Source: Chloroflexota bacterium (GTDB lineage Bacteria > Chloroflexota > Chloroflexia > QHBQ01). Taken from it: 20,000 bases of DNA. The first letter of the stretch is position 1; each line of letters opens with the position of its first letter. The notes under the pieces were generated by a model. That model was given only the letters and a program-made list of their open reading frames with translations. It had not been told where the DNA came from and did not search any database. The position numbers and the translations under genes are program-made. The DNA lies in assembly GCA_043754535.1 (NCBI GenBank), contig JAYUUN010000128.1, forward strand, positions 156,946 through 176,945. Reading direction: 5' to 3'. Of the stretch, positions 1 through 9,900 are shown in pieces.

Positions 1-371
1 GCGACATCGGCGAAGCCTGGGGCTAGCACTGGCATCCCAGCAGGCAGCGATGCACCTGGACCAGCTATCAGGCTGTTGCCAATTGCGGCTAGCATTGCCA
101 GTGCAACGAAGATCGACACTGCCACCACTGGCTTGAAGAAGCGGAGTAGAAAGTAGAATAGAACGCTGCCGATCAGGTTTGCTACCAGGCAGATGGCCGT
201 GATGCTGAAGATGTTAAGCACACTGGCGTAGCGGTCGCCGCGATTAAGGATGTTTGTCAGGACTAGCAGGCCAATGTTAGCGAGTATTGCTGCTACCACG
301 CCGCTGACCAATCCCGCAGACAAGAAGCGACCAATACCGTGATTGCTAGTTGTTCTACTTACCGTCTCCAT
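1..371 (-). CDS. Integral membrane hypothetical protein (runs off the window start, 3' end missing)
   Basis: Not in the ORF track because it has no stop in the window. ATG at 371 follows AGGGGAG. My translation METVSRTTSNHGIGRFLSAGLVSGVVAAILANIGLLVLTNILNRG...SVLNIFSITAICLVANLIGSVLFYFLLRFFKPVVAVSIFVALAMLAAIGNSL... is open to base 1 with three hydrophobic segments. Confidence 0.75.
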   Translation of the reverse strand, partial: METVSRTTSNHGIGRFLSAGLVSGVVAAILANIGLLVLTNILNRGDRYASVLNIFSITAICLVANLIGSVLFYFLLRFFKPVVAVSIFVALAMLAAIGNSLIAGPGASLPAGMPVLAPGFADV

Positions 372-502
372 CTATTGTCTCCCCTTCTGGCAAACTGTCA
401 AAGGTGGCAACCTGGCACCCTGCCGCTGGGAACTCTAACTACCGCCCTTCGCGCCAAATGGCATCTGCACCTGGCCTGGGCAAGTGAGCTTGCCTGGCTT
501 CT

Positions 503-531
503 ACTATAACACAAGCAGAACCTATGGGCAA
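503..531 (-). promoter_or_regulatory. Housekeeping sigma70-type promoter for the 1..371 gene
   Basis: Minus strand reads TTGCCC-N17-TATAGT with an extended -10 TG (TGTTATAGT). Confidence 0.6.
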
Positions 532-672
532 GTTACAGCAGCCTTCAGTAGGCATTCAGGGTTGCATAGGAATCGGCTAGAAGATGATTGGAGAAGGGCA
601 AGCTGGTAGATGGCGGCTTGCTATCTATAGCACCCTGGCGACCTCACGTTTGTAGTAGAGGGCGGAGCTGGC

Positions 673-2121
673 TTAGGGGGCGCAGGCTAGCAGCACCCCC
701 GCGATGCGGTTGGCCTGGCCGCCAACAGGGAGGGCGTAGCTATCCACTGCGCCTTGCAGTTGGTAGTAAAGGTTGTTGCCGCAGAGGAGCAGGGTTTGCA
801 GCTTGCTGCCAACTGGCAGGCTGGCGAGTGTGCGTTGCTGACCGTTGCTCTGCACCTGCTTGATGCTCACGCCGCCACCCTCGCGCCCACTATAGATCAG
901 GCTACCATCAGCAGTCACACTGAAAACGGAGTCGGTGTCCGCCTGGGCAACAGCGGCAGCCTTGTCACTGATGAGGTCGTAGCGGAAGATTTGGGTGCCG
1001 TTCGCGTAGTAGATAGCCGAGCCATCGGCGGCGATGGTGATTGGGCCGGGGCTGCGGCTAACCTTCAGCAGTCGTCCGCTGCCTGCAAGGTCGTAGCGGT
1101 AGACGTTGCCAGTAGTCGAGCTAGCAAGGTAGTAACCCTGGCTGTCTGCTGCCCAGCCGAGTACCCGCAGGTCAGCCAGTGGGCTGATCGTCTGCATCTG
1201 CTTGCTGGCAAGGTCGTAGAGGACTATGCCGTAGCCATCGAGCAGCAGCCACTTGCCGTCGGGCGCAAAGCTGGCAGTGAGGGGGTTGGCTAGGCCGCTG
1301 TCAGCATTGATCAGCACGTCCAGGCTGGCATCAGGGACAGGGTACTGTTGCGTCTTGCCGTCGGCCAGGCTAACCACTTCGATGTACTTGGGTGCGCCGC
1401 GCACCAGGTAGGCGGCTTTGTTCGCCCCGGTTGCGGGCAGGCTCGCCATGTTAATCTTACTAGAGAGGGGATTGATCGGCTGGCCTGGGCCAACGCTGGC
1501 AATCAGGTAGCTGTTGCTACGCAGCGAGTCGGTCGTAGTCTCGCCCGGCTGGATGCTGGCGACAAGGGCGGCCCCACCGACCGGCGTGGCGTAGAGCGGG
1601 GTGGTGGCCGTGCCAGTGAGCGACTCGCCAGTGTGAGCGGTGATCGTCGGGGCGAGTGGGGTGGGACTGGCGACCGCCGAGGCCGCAAAGCCAATAGCGG
1701 TACTTGCGCTGGGGCTGGCATAGGCATACGGCGGATCAACAAAGCTGTTGCGGCCCAGCAACGCGCTGAACAGGCCAGCGAAGCCAACCAACATCATCAT
1801 AGCCGCAAGGCTGACTGCCCAGCCGGGGCCGTGGGGGTTAGCCCGCACCTCCATGTCCTGCCGCTTGGCCTCAACATCGGCTATTGCCCGCAAAACCCCC
1901 GCCCGCACGCGGCTGGCAGCAGGCAGGTTGGGCAGGGCTGCTATCTGTTGATCCAAGCTGCGGAAGGCTGCGAGGGTGGCAGAACAGGTGGGGCAGGTAG
2001 GCAGGTGCTGCTGAAGGATAGCGGTGTCGGCGGCAGAGAGGCTGCGGCTCAGATAGTCACTGATCCGTTGCTGCATCGGCGCGCACTGCGGGTTAGCTGG
2101 CTGGTCGTTGCTCTTGGTCAT
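673..2121 (-). CDS. Zinc-finger (zf-HC2/ZAS) membrane anti-sigma factor with extracytoplasmic beta-propeller-like domain
   Basis: N-terminal HLPTCPTC (HxxxCxxC), one TM helix (WAVSLAAMMMLVGFAGLFSALL), an S/T/P-rich linker, then TolB/WD40-like blades (FAPDGKWL, WAADSQGY, IAADGSAIYY, VTADGSLIY). Lies directly downstream of an ECF sigma gene. Confidence 0.85.
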   Translation of the reverse strand: MTKSNDQPANPQCAPMQQRISDYLSRSLSAADTAILQQHLPTCPTCSATLAAFRSLDQQIAALPNLPAASRVRAGVLRAIADVEAKRQDMEVRANPHGPGWAVSLAAMMMLVGFAGLFSALLGRNSFVDPPYAYASPSASTAIGFAASAVASPTPLAPTITAHTGESLTGTATTPLYATPVGGAALVASIQPGETTTDSLRSNSYLIASVGPGQPINPLSSKINMASLPATGANKAAYLVRGAPKYIEVVSLADGKTQQYPVPDASLDVLINADSGLANPLTASFAPDGKWLLLDGYGIVLYDLASKQMQTISPLADLRVLGWAADSQGYYLASSTTGNVYRYDLAGSGRLLKVSRSPGPITIAADGSAIYYANGTQIFRYDLISDKAAAVAQADTDSVFSVTADGSLIYSGREGGGVSIKQVQSNGQQRTLASLPVGSKLQTLLLCGNNLYYQLQGAVDSYALPVGGQANRIAGVLLACAP

Positions 2122-2156
2122 TACTGTCCTCTAGTTATGAAGGGAGCGGGGCGACG

Positions 2157-2867
2157 CTAGTGGCGGCCAGGGTTGGCCTGCTGTTCGAACTGAGCTTCTT
2201 CGGTTTGTAGACGCGCAAACGCCTCTTGAAACGCCTTGCGGGCGCGAAAGAGGCGCGTTTTAATCGCTGCTTCGCTGCTATCGGTAATCTTTGCTACCTC
2301 AGCAATAGAGAACCCTTCATGAATGTTGAGCAGCAGCGCGCTGCGGTACTCTGGCGAGAGCATGGTCAACGCCTTATGTACCATCTCACCTTCGCCTGTG
2401 ATCGCTGTTGGATCAATCACGCCCAACCCAACACCAGGATGACCTCCCCCAAAGTCAGACTGATGCCGAGCGGACGTGGCAGAAGAAGAAGAGAGAAAGG
2501 GTAGCAAGTTGGTTAGTGAAGTCCAGCTTACTACCTTGCGACGGCGCAGGGCATTGCGGGCCGTGTTCGTCGCAATTGTATAGAGCCATGCTACTACGTT
2601 GCTATCAGGGCGTAGTCGGTCGTAGGCCTGGTAGGCTCGGATGAAGGCATCCTGGGCCAAATCTTCAGCCTGCTCGCGGTCGCCAACGATACGGTAGATG
2701 TAGCTGGTAATCGCTTGCTGGTAGCGGGCAAAGAGGTCGTCGAAGCTGTCAAACCGCTCTAGTACCCGCGCTGGCTCACGATCCGTGTCGGTGTCGTTTG
2801 AGGCTGAGAGCGTCAGGTCGCCTTCTGTGGCTGCCAATGCTCTTACCTCCCCATCGTCATTGCTCAT
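2157..2867 (-). CDS. ECF-family RNA polymerase sigma factor
   Basis: Region 2 AEDLAQDAFIRAY and WLYTIATNTARNALRRRK. Region 4 LSPEYRSALLL..EGFSIAEVAKI....EAAIKTRLFRARKAF. Confidence 0.95.
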   Translation of the reverse strand: MSNDDGEVRALAATEGDLTLSASNDTDTDREPARVLERFDSFDDLFARYQQAITSYIYRIVGDREQAEDLAQDAFIRAYQAYDRLRPDSNVVAWLYTIATNTARNALRRRKVVSWTSLTNLLPFLSSSSATSARHQSDFGGGHPGVGLGVIDPTAITGEGEMVHKALTMLSPEYRSALLLNIHEGFSIAEVAKITDSSEAAIKTRLFRARKAFQEAFARLQTEEAQFEQQANPGRH

Positions 2868-2891
2868 CTAATCGTCTCTATGATATATAAA

Positions 2892-2915
2892 ACGCGAGGG
2901 TCGCCAAAGGTTACA
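2892..2915 (-). promoter_or_regulatory. Candidate ECF-type (autoregulatory) promoter
   Basis: Minus strand TGTAAC-N15-CGT about 25 nt upstream of the sigma ATG, with a T-tract after the -35 as in SigW/SigX-type promoters. The spacer is slightly short. Confidence 0.4.
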
Positions 2916-3109
2916 CCGATTGCAGCCAATTTTCGCCGATCTTGCAAAATCACTGGGGCGGCCCGCAATATAGGCGGTTTAGAGCTACTACCTGCTATTA
3001 TAGCGGATGCAGATGCTCCCCGCCACTAGCCTGCCAGGCCCAGTGCTGTTGCCTGATCGGGGCTGGGCTGGCATAGTAGGGCTGGCAGTGGGCCAAGTGC
3101 AGCCGACCA

Positions 3110-3139
3110 AACCCCCGCCAGCCTGAGCCGGTGGGGGTT
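3110..3139 (-). terminator. GC-rich hairpin downstream of the LolA/RseB-repeat gene, possible terminator
   Basis: Minus strand AACCCCC-A-CCGGC-TCAG-GCTGG-C-GGGGGTT followed by TGGT. The U-tail is weak. Confidence 0.35.
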
Positions 3140-3161
3140 GGGCTGCTGGGTTGGTTGGCGG

Positions 3162-6100
3162 CTACGGTGTTTCGGTCGGCTGCGGGGTGGGCATGACGAC
3201 GGTTGGTGGCCGCTGGCTGGCTGGTTGGCCCACTGCCAACCTGGTCAGCGAGGCGGCCAGCTTGATCGCTTCTTCGCTAGTAACCGTGCCATAGTTGATC
3301 ACGATCAGCGTACCGTCGAGGATCAGACTGAGTGTGTTTCCCCCCCCCACCAACAGGGTTGGCACGCCGCCGATGCTAACCTCCTGCCCTTCACTGAGAT
3401 ACAACCTCGCCAGCCTCCCAACTGCTGGCTGCTGGCTGATCACCAGACTGGAAAGATAACGGGCATCTTCAGCTTTACTACCGTCAGGGTAGTAGGTAAA
3501 GGTTAGCTGCTCAGCTGACGTTCCCAAGAGCTGAACCTGGTTGGGACTATACTGCACTTGGTAAAGGCGCATATTGTCGGGTAGGTAGCCTGGCAGGAAG
3601 CTAGTCAGGGGGGCGCGGTCAGCATCGGCAGCGGCTAGCCTGTAGCGGTCGCTGCCACTCGGCATCCGCTCGAAGCGCAAGTCGGTAAAGCTGGCTCGCG
3701 GTGGCAGGCTGTAGTTAAAGATCGCTGGGTCGAAGCTGGCATTGTAGCGGATGCGTGTCACCTGCCAGGTGCTGACAAGATCGCTCCCGCTATTGCTGGT
3801 TACCAGTTCAATCTTGAGCGGGAAGTAGGTTTCGCTGTCGATCCAGTAGCGTTCACGCAGGGTTGGCACCGGCCCCTGCTCGTCCCCACTCATACCGCCC
3901 AACCAACACTTGCCGAGCCGCTCACGCGGGGTGCGGCTAATCACATAGCTGCTGCGCCCGGCCACCACTGCACTACCCTGCAAGCTGGTAGTGTAGCATT
4001 CACTGCTAGCGAGCTGCGAATCACCGACCCAGCCCAGCAGGTAGCCCAGTGAATTGCGCTGCTGCTCCAACCGTCGTACTTGCACATTCTTGGCTGGGCT
4101 ATAGACTTCGGTACTCCACAGGTCGGTGCCATCGGCGATCTCCAGGTAGCTAAGTTGGTTGCCATCGATCCCGCCGCCCCCCCCTCGCTGCGCCAGCGGC
4201 TGGCGGCCTGGTAGGAGAGATGACCATGACGGTAAGCAAGTGGCGCGTAGTCATCGGTGCGGAAGGTGTTGACCTCGAAGTTAGCAAGACCGTCGGAGTT
4301 GGTGGCGGCTACCGCGCGCGCCACAAGCTGCTCCGCGTCGGCTGGCGGGAGGGTAACGGTGTTCTGGCTGACAGGGGTGCTACCTGGCTGGACGAAGCGG
4401 CTAGCATCAAGCGGCTGGTTGTACTCAAGGCTCTCTACCAACCATTGGCGCACTATGCTCTCGTCGCGGTTGCGGTCTATCCGCTTGAGCGGCAGGTTGC
4501 TCTCCTTATCTACGTAGAAGCTCACTTTGGCCGCCAGCCGACCACGACTGGGGCCGCATCTACTCAGGTCGATAGTCGCCTCGAACACCAACGCGCTGCG
4601 ACCAAGCACCTGGTCATAGCCACGCCAACGGGGGGTAGAGTAGCAATCGGCCCGCCAATTGGTGCCGTAAGCAAAGAAATTGAGGTTGAGCAGGCGCAGA
4701 TCAAGGGCAGCGGCCAGGTCGCTGCCGTCGCTGATCGTGGTGCTGCTGCCGCTCTGCACGCCATTGGTGCTGGTCACAACCTCGATGCGCCACTGGTTGG
4801 GCGCGGCATACCACAACCGCTGGCTGATGCTAGTACCAGGGTTGGTTTCCAGTGGGCTATAGGTCTGAGTCAAGACCAGCGTCCGCAGGTTGGCTGCTTT
4901 GTAGGCAATGCTAGCGTTGTAGATGTTCTGGTTAGGTTCGGGGGTCGGCTGATTGGCTGCTGCGCCTGTCGGTACAGGTAGCGGTGTACTGCTCGGCACT
5001 GGTATGACAGTATGGGTAGGCGAAGGTTCTTCATCGTCCTGGGGGGTGCCATTTGGCAATGGCAGGGTAACGGGGCTGAACAAGGCGGGGTTGATCGCCA
5101 GGTTGTACTGGATCGCGCTGACCGCGCGCACCTGTTGCAGGGTGCCGTCGCTGTTGAAACGCTCTACCTTGAGCGCAATGTAACTCTGCTGATCCACCCA
5201 CACATGGGTGAGACTGGTTGCTGCGGCGGGGCAAAGCTGCTTGTTGTTCGCTATCTCGATCACCCAGGTTGGGCGACCAGCAACCGTCTCGCTAGCCTGG
5301 AACTGGGGAGTAAGCCAGCAATCACCGTCCCCTGCTATAGAAGCGGCGAAGTTGACCCTGCTGAAGACACTGATAAACTCAGTACGGGGGCGGCTACCGT
5401 CATTGACCTCGCTGTAGCCACCAGCAGGCTGATCGCTGCTACTCTCGTACCGCCAGTAGTTGGGGGCAACGTACCAGAACTGCGCCTGGAGGTCGGGGGG
5501 TTGGGGGGGGCCACCCGGCGGCACCGGCAACCGCACGCTGTAGCTGATCGCCACGCTGGTCAGGCTGGGTGCATCGAAGGCGGCGTTGGCGCGGGTAAGT
5601 ACCTCGCGGGCAGTGAGGGGGGTAACAGGCAGGCTGGCGGTGGGGGAGGGAGTCGCTTGCGGCGTGTGGCTGGGGCTGATCGCCTGGTTGGTAGCGGTAG
5701 CACTTGGCTGGCCGACTACGCTCGGTTGATTGCGGTTGTTGAGATCGTAGGCGAAGAACAGACCGCCGCTGATGACCAGCAGCACGAGGGCGGCAGCAGC
5801 CAGCCGTGCTGGTAGGCTGGTAGGTTGGCTGGGGCGTAGGATTTGCATGGTATTAAGCCTCTCAAGTTGGGGACTGGGGGTGGCTGGCGGTTTGCTGCGC
5901 CCGGCCTCAGCCAGCAGCAGCGTGCGTAGTTGTTTGCGGAAGGCGGGGCTGGGGGTCGCGCCGGGCATCTCCTGCACCAGCAGGCTGGCAGCAGCGGCCC
6001 GCTGAGGGTCGAGGGCGGGTGGTGGGGAGGTGTCAGCATCCCCGCTCAAGGCCGCAAAGTACCGCTCAAGCAGGGCGGCCTGTTGTTCCTGGTTGTCCAT
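3162..6100 (-). pseudogene. Membrane-anchored anti-sigma-like protein with three LolA/MucB-RseB-like repeats, frameshifted at the G8 tract (979 aa if one G is restored)
   Basis: ATG at 6100 overlaps the sigma stop (TGATG). TM helix LAAAALVLLVISGGLFFAY. Three repeats are visible: WYVAPNYWRYE / WYAAPNQWRIE / SYQAASRWRSE; WVDQQSYIALK / YVDKESNLPLK / WIDSETYFPLK; IQYNLAINPALF / LEYNQPLDASRF / IRYNASFDPAIF. After 4177-4184 the sensible sequence (GGGIDGNQLSYLEIADGTDLWSTEVYSPAKNVQVRRLEQQR) continues in the frame of ORF 3162..4085. Confidence 0.75.
4177..4184 (-). repeat. G8 homopolymer at the frameshift site
   Basis: Eight C on the + strand. G9 (or G6) would put both ORFs in one frame. Confidence 0.85.
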
Positions 6101-6714
6101 CACTTGCCCTCCTCTGCCAGCACGATCTGGCGGATGCGTTCGACGGCGCGGTGGCGTAGCATCCGCACTGCCGGGCCGGATTTGCCGAGCGCAACTGCTA
6201 TCTGCTCGCCGCTCCAGCCCGCGCACTGCAACTCGACCACGGTGCGCTGCTCATCCGGTAGGCTGGCTACGGCGGCGCGCACGCTCTGGCGGTCAGCCCG
6301 CGCCACCACCACGTCCTCCAGCGACGGGCCAGGGTCTGCCAGCAACTCGGGTTCGAACAACGCACCTGGTTGCCGCCTGCGCTGGCTGTTGAGTACCACA
6401 TTGTGGGCGATCTGGAACAACCAGGCAGCGAACAACCCCTCGCGGTAGTCGCTGAGACCGACGAAGGCCTTGAGGAGGATTTCGCTGCTGGCATCCTCCG
6501 CCGCTTCCTGCGATTGCAGGCGCACGTAGCAGTAGGAGTAGATGCGGTCTAGGTAGCGTTCGTAGAGGGCAGTGAAGCTCGCGGGGTCACTGCGGGCTGC
6601 TCGCACCAGGTCGCGGTCATCCACCTGAGCATACTCCAGGCTAGACGGCGCAGCCTTGCGTCGCCTCGTCAAGCCGAACAACCCAATCAGTGCAGTGGAG
6701 AAGTGCATAAACAC
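6100..6714 (-). CDS. ECF-family RNA polymerase sigma factor (start may be the ATG at 6708)
   Basis: FTALYERYLDRIYSY, AAEDASSEILLKAF, WLFQIAHN; region 4 LPDEQRTVVEL..AGWSGEQIAVALGKSGPAVRMLRHRA. Preceded by the RBS-like AGGGGG. Confidence 0.93.
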   Translation of the reverse strand: MFMHFSTALIGLFGLTRRRKAAPSSLEYAQVDDRDLVRAARSDPASFTALYERYLDRIYSYCYVRLQSQEAAEDASSEILLKAFVGLSDYREGLFAAWLFQIAHNVVLNSQRRRQPGALFEPELLADPGPSLEDVVVARADRQSVRAAVASLPDEQRTVVELQCAGWSGEQIAVALGKSGPAVRMLRHRAVERIRQIVLAEEGK

Positions 6715-6837
6715 CCCCTGTCAAGTTATGATTACTATCGCGGTAAGCCCAGCCCTGCCTGCTCGCCTTCACCAGTAAAGACACCGCAGCTGGGTAGATG
6801 TAACGAGTAAACTTGAGGGACTTCACACTTTGGCCTG

Positions 6838-6846
6838 ATTATAGCA
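6838..6846 (-). promoter_or_regulatory. Extended -10 promoter upstream of the second ECF operon
   Basis: Minus strand TGCTATAAT, lying just downstream of the terminator of the SLH gene. Confidence 0.5.
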
Positions 6847-6875
6847 GAATGAGGGGGTTATTGCCCCGAAAGGGA

Positions 6876-6909
6876 CACAAGAAGGAGCCGCCCATATCGT
6901 GGGCGGCTC
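6876..6909 (-). terminator. Rho-independent terminator of the SBBP-SLH gene
   Basis: Perfect 10-bp stem GAGCCGCCCA/TGGGCGGCTC with a 5-nt loop, followed on the minus strand by CTTCTTGT, 25 nt after the stop at 6935. Confidence 0.75.
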
Positions 6910-6934
6910 TTGCTTGCTGGTTGCTGCCTGATGC

Positions 6935-9900
6935 TTAGCGATGCAGGGCGGTGACGAGGGCGCGGTAGAGGACGACGCTGAGTTCAGCACGGGTGATTGC
7001 CTGGTTGGGGCCGAAGATGGCCGGGTTGCCAGGGTAGCCAGAGATTACGCCCTTATTCTGAGCGGTGCTGACCGCGCAGTAAGCCCAGTGGTTGGTTGGC
7101 ACGTCGGGGAAGATTTGGCTGGGGCAATTGGCGGGGTAAGCCTTGACCTTCACCACGATCTTGACCAACTCGGCGCGGGTGATGCTCTTGCTGGGCAGGA
7201 AGCAAGGGCCTACTACCCCGCTGACCTGACAGGTGACGGCATCGTAGCCGTTGATTACGCTGGCAGTGCGCGCACTCTCGATGTAGCGGTAGGCCCAGTA
7301 GTTGGTTGGCACGTCACTGTAGCTGGGGGTGGCTGGGTTCAGCAGCGGTAGGCCGAAGGCTAGTACAATCATCTTGCTAAACTGAGCGCGGGTAGTATTG
7401 GCGTTAGGCTGGAACAGACCGCCAGGGAAGCCACCAATTATATTGTGGCCCACCAGATAGCTGATTTCGTTGTAGGCGAAGAAGTTAGCTGGCACATCGG
7501 GGAACACAGCCGCAGTGGGCGTGTTGGTCGGGCCACCAGGGGTGTTGGTCGGGCCTACTGGCGTGTTCGTTGCCACGGGTGTGTTAGTGGCGACAGGCGT
7601 GTTGGTCGAGCCGCCAGGGGTGTTGGTCGGGCCTACTGGCGTGTTAGTGGCGACAGGCGTGTTGGTCGAGCCGCCAGGGGTGTTGGTTGGGCCTACTGGC
7701 GTGTTCGTTGCCACGGGCGTGTTGGTCGGGCCACCAGGGGTGTTGGTCGGGCCTACTGACGTGTTCGTTGCCACGGGCGTGTTCGTTGCCACTGGCGTGT
7801 TGGTTGGGCCGCCAGGGGTGTTGGTTGGGCCACCAGGGGTGTTCGTTGCCACGGGCGTGTTCGTGGCGACAGGCGTGTTGGTTGCCACGGGCGTGTTGGT
7901 AGCGACAGGGGTGTTGGTTGCCACGGGCGTGTTAGTCGGGCCGCCAGGCGTGTTAGTCGGGCCTACCGGCGTGTTGGTCGGGGTGTCGGTTGCTACTGGC
8001 GTGTTCGTGGCGACAGGGGTGTTCGTGGCGACAGGGGTGTTGGTTGGGCCTACCGGTGTGTTGGTCGGGGTGTTAGTTGGCACTACTGGTGTATTGGTGA
8101 GCGTGCTGGTGGGGGTGTTGGTGGGGCCTATGGGCGTGTTGGTTGGCACTACTGGCGTGTTGGTCGGCTGGGTCGTGGGCGTGTCAGTAGGTGTGTTGGT
8201 TGGCTGCGGCGTGTTGGTGGGCGATGGAGTGTTGGTCGGGGTGGGGGTTGGGTTCGCCCCATTGATGCGGGCGATGAAGCCATCCTCACCGCCATCATAG
8301 CTCTGGTCGTAAGCGGTATTGTTGACTGGCAAGTTCGTCGAATAGGTGTCACCAGTAACGTACACGTCCCCTGTCACGCCGAAGGTGACGGCCTTCGCCT
8401 CATCAAAGCCATCACCACCAAAGTAGGTAGAGTAGACGAATGAGCTACCAGTCGGCGCGAGTTGGCTGATGAAGGCATCACTGCCGCCGCTCAGCACACC
8501 CTGGCCCGCGATTGGGTTGAGCAGCGGGAAGCCAGTGTCCGAGCTAGTGCGACCAACAACGAAGGCGTTAGCAGTGGCATTGACAGCCACGCCGTAAGCG
8601 ATATCGTCGCTGCTGCCGCCGAGGTAGGTCGAGTATAGCAGCGGGAAGGGGCTGCCAGTAGTTGGCATGGCAGTGACGAAAGCATCATTACCGCCGCCAT
8701 AGGTACTCTGCGCCGCATTTTGCAGCGGGAAGTCGCTGTTCGAGTTGGTCTGGCCGACCACATAGGCAACCCCACCAGCCCCCACCGCCACGCCATAAGC
8801 GTCCTCAGTCAGGCTGCCACCGAGATAGCTTGAGTAGAGGTAGGCCGAACCGCTGGGGCTAATTTTGGTCAGGAAAGCATCGCTGCTGCCAGCCTCCGTG
8901 CCGTCATAGGGATTAACTGTCTTGAAGTTGAGCGAGGAGGTGAAGCCGACCACGTAAGCATCACCGAGCAGGTCTACCGCAATGGCGTTACCCTCATCAG
9001 TGCTGCCACCGCCCCCTGCACCCTGATCGCCGAGGTAGGTAGAGTAGAGGGAGTCGCCGTTGAGGCTGAACATGGAGACAAAGGCATCGCGGGCCGCCCC
9101 ATCAGGCTGCACAGGTATGACCGTAGGGAAGTTGGGGGAGTCGGTAAAGCCAGTTAGGTAGGCATTACCCGCTGCGTCAACTGCGATCCCCCGCGCCTCA
9201 TCGCTCTGGCTACCACCGAAGTAGGTGGAGAAGACCAGGCCAGTGCCAAGTGGGTTTAGGCGGCTGAGGAACACATCATCGCTGCCAGCCAGGTTGGGCT
9301 GGGTGGGGCTGTTGGCGGTAGGGAAGTCGGTCGAGTAGGTGAAGCCAGTGACGTAAGCACTGCCCAGGCTGTCGGTAGCAATCCCGGTGCCGCGATCCTG
9401 GCCGTTGCCGCCGAGGTAGGTGGAGTAGAGCAGGTTCATGCCAGCCGCGTCGAGCTTGCTGACGAAAGCATCGTACTGGCCGTTGCCAAATTGCCCCTGG
9501 AAGGCTCCCGCTGGCGGCACAATCGGGAAGTCGAGGTTGGATTTGGTCCAGCCGGTAATGTAGGCCGAACCAGTGGCATCCACCGCGATGCTCACGGCCT
9601 CATCATCCTGGTGGGCGATGTTGGTGCCACCGAGGTAGGTAGCAAAGGTAATAATTGGGTCGATCACCAGCGGTAGGCTACGGTCGTAAGCGGCCACGCT
9701 GAAGCCAACCTCACCGCTGGCGGTCAACTGGTAGCCACCGGCCACCGCCTGCCTGCCCTGGGCTGTGTCCTGGTAGATGTATGGCGCAGGCTGGTAGATG
9801 GTACCGACGGCGGTCTGGATCGCCAGCCGTTCGCCACTGACCGCCAGCTGCTGTGCGCCAGTAAGGGCCAGCCGAATCTGGCTGGGGTCGGCCTGGGGCG

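Noticed and set aside
372..500. Riboswitch in the ~125-nt leader with a GGCAAG/CTTGCC hairpin
   Set aside because: No known aptamer consensus recognised, and a 6-bp stem alone is insufficient. An Rfam search would settle it.
3162..4085. Independent 307-aa gene
   Set aside because: No RBS, and it starts mid-domain. Its frame is open upstream to the G8 tract and completes the third repeat of the 6100 protein.
588..5815. Long plus-strand ORFs (754..1293, 1348..2160, 4220..4981, 5012..5815 and others)
   Set aside because: They are antisense shadows of well-supported minus-strand genes in GC-rich DNA, with no motifs.
6101..6226. Upstream extension of the 761-aa ORF
   Set aside because: It overlaps sigma region 4. 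The TGATG-coupled ATG at 6100 is the better start.
7515..8300. 261-aa plus-strand ORF of GVLV/ATGV repeats, and the repeat region as a possible CRISPR array
   Set aside because: It is the antisense shadow of the TNTP linker. The units are codon-multiple tandem repeats with no unique spacers and no cas genes.
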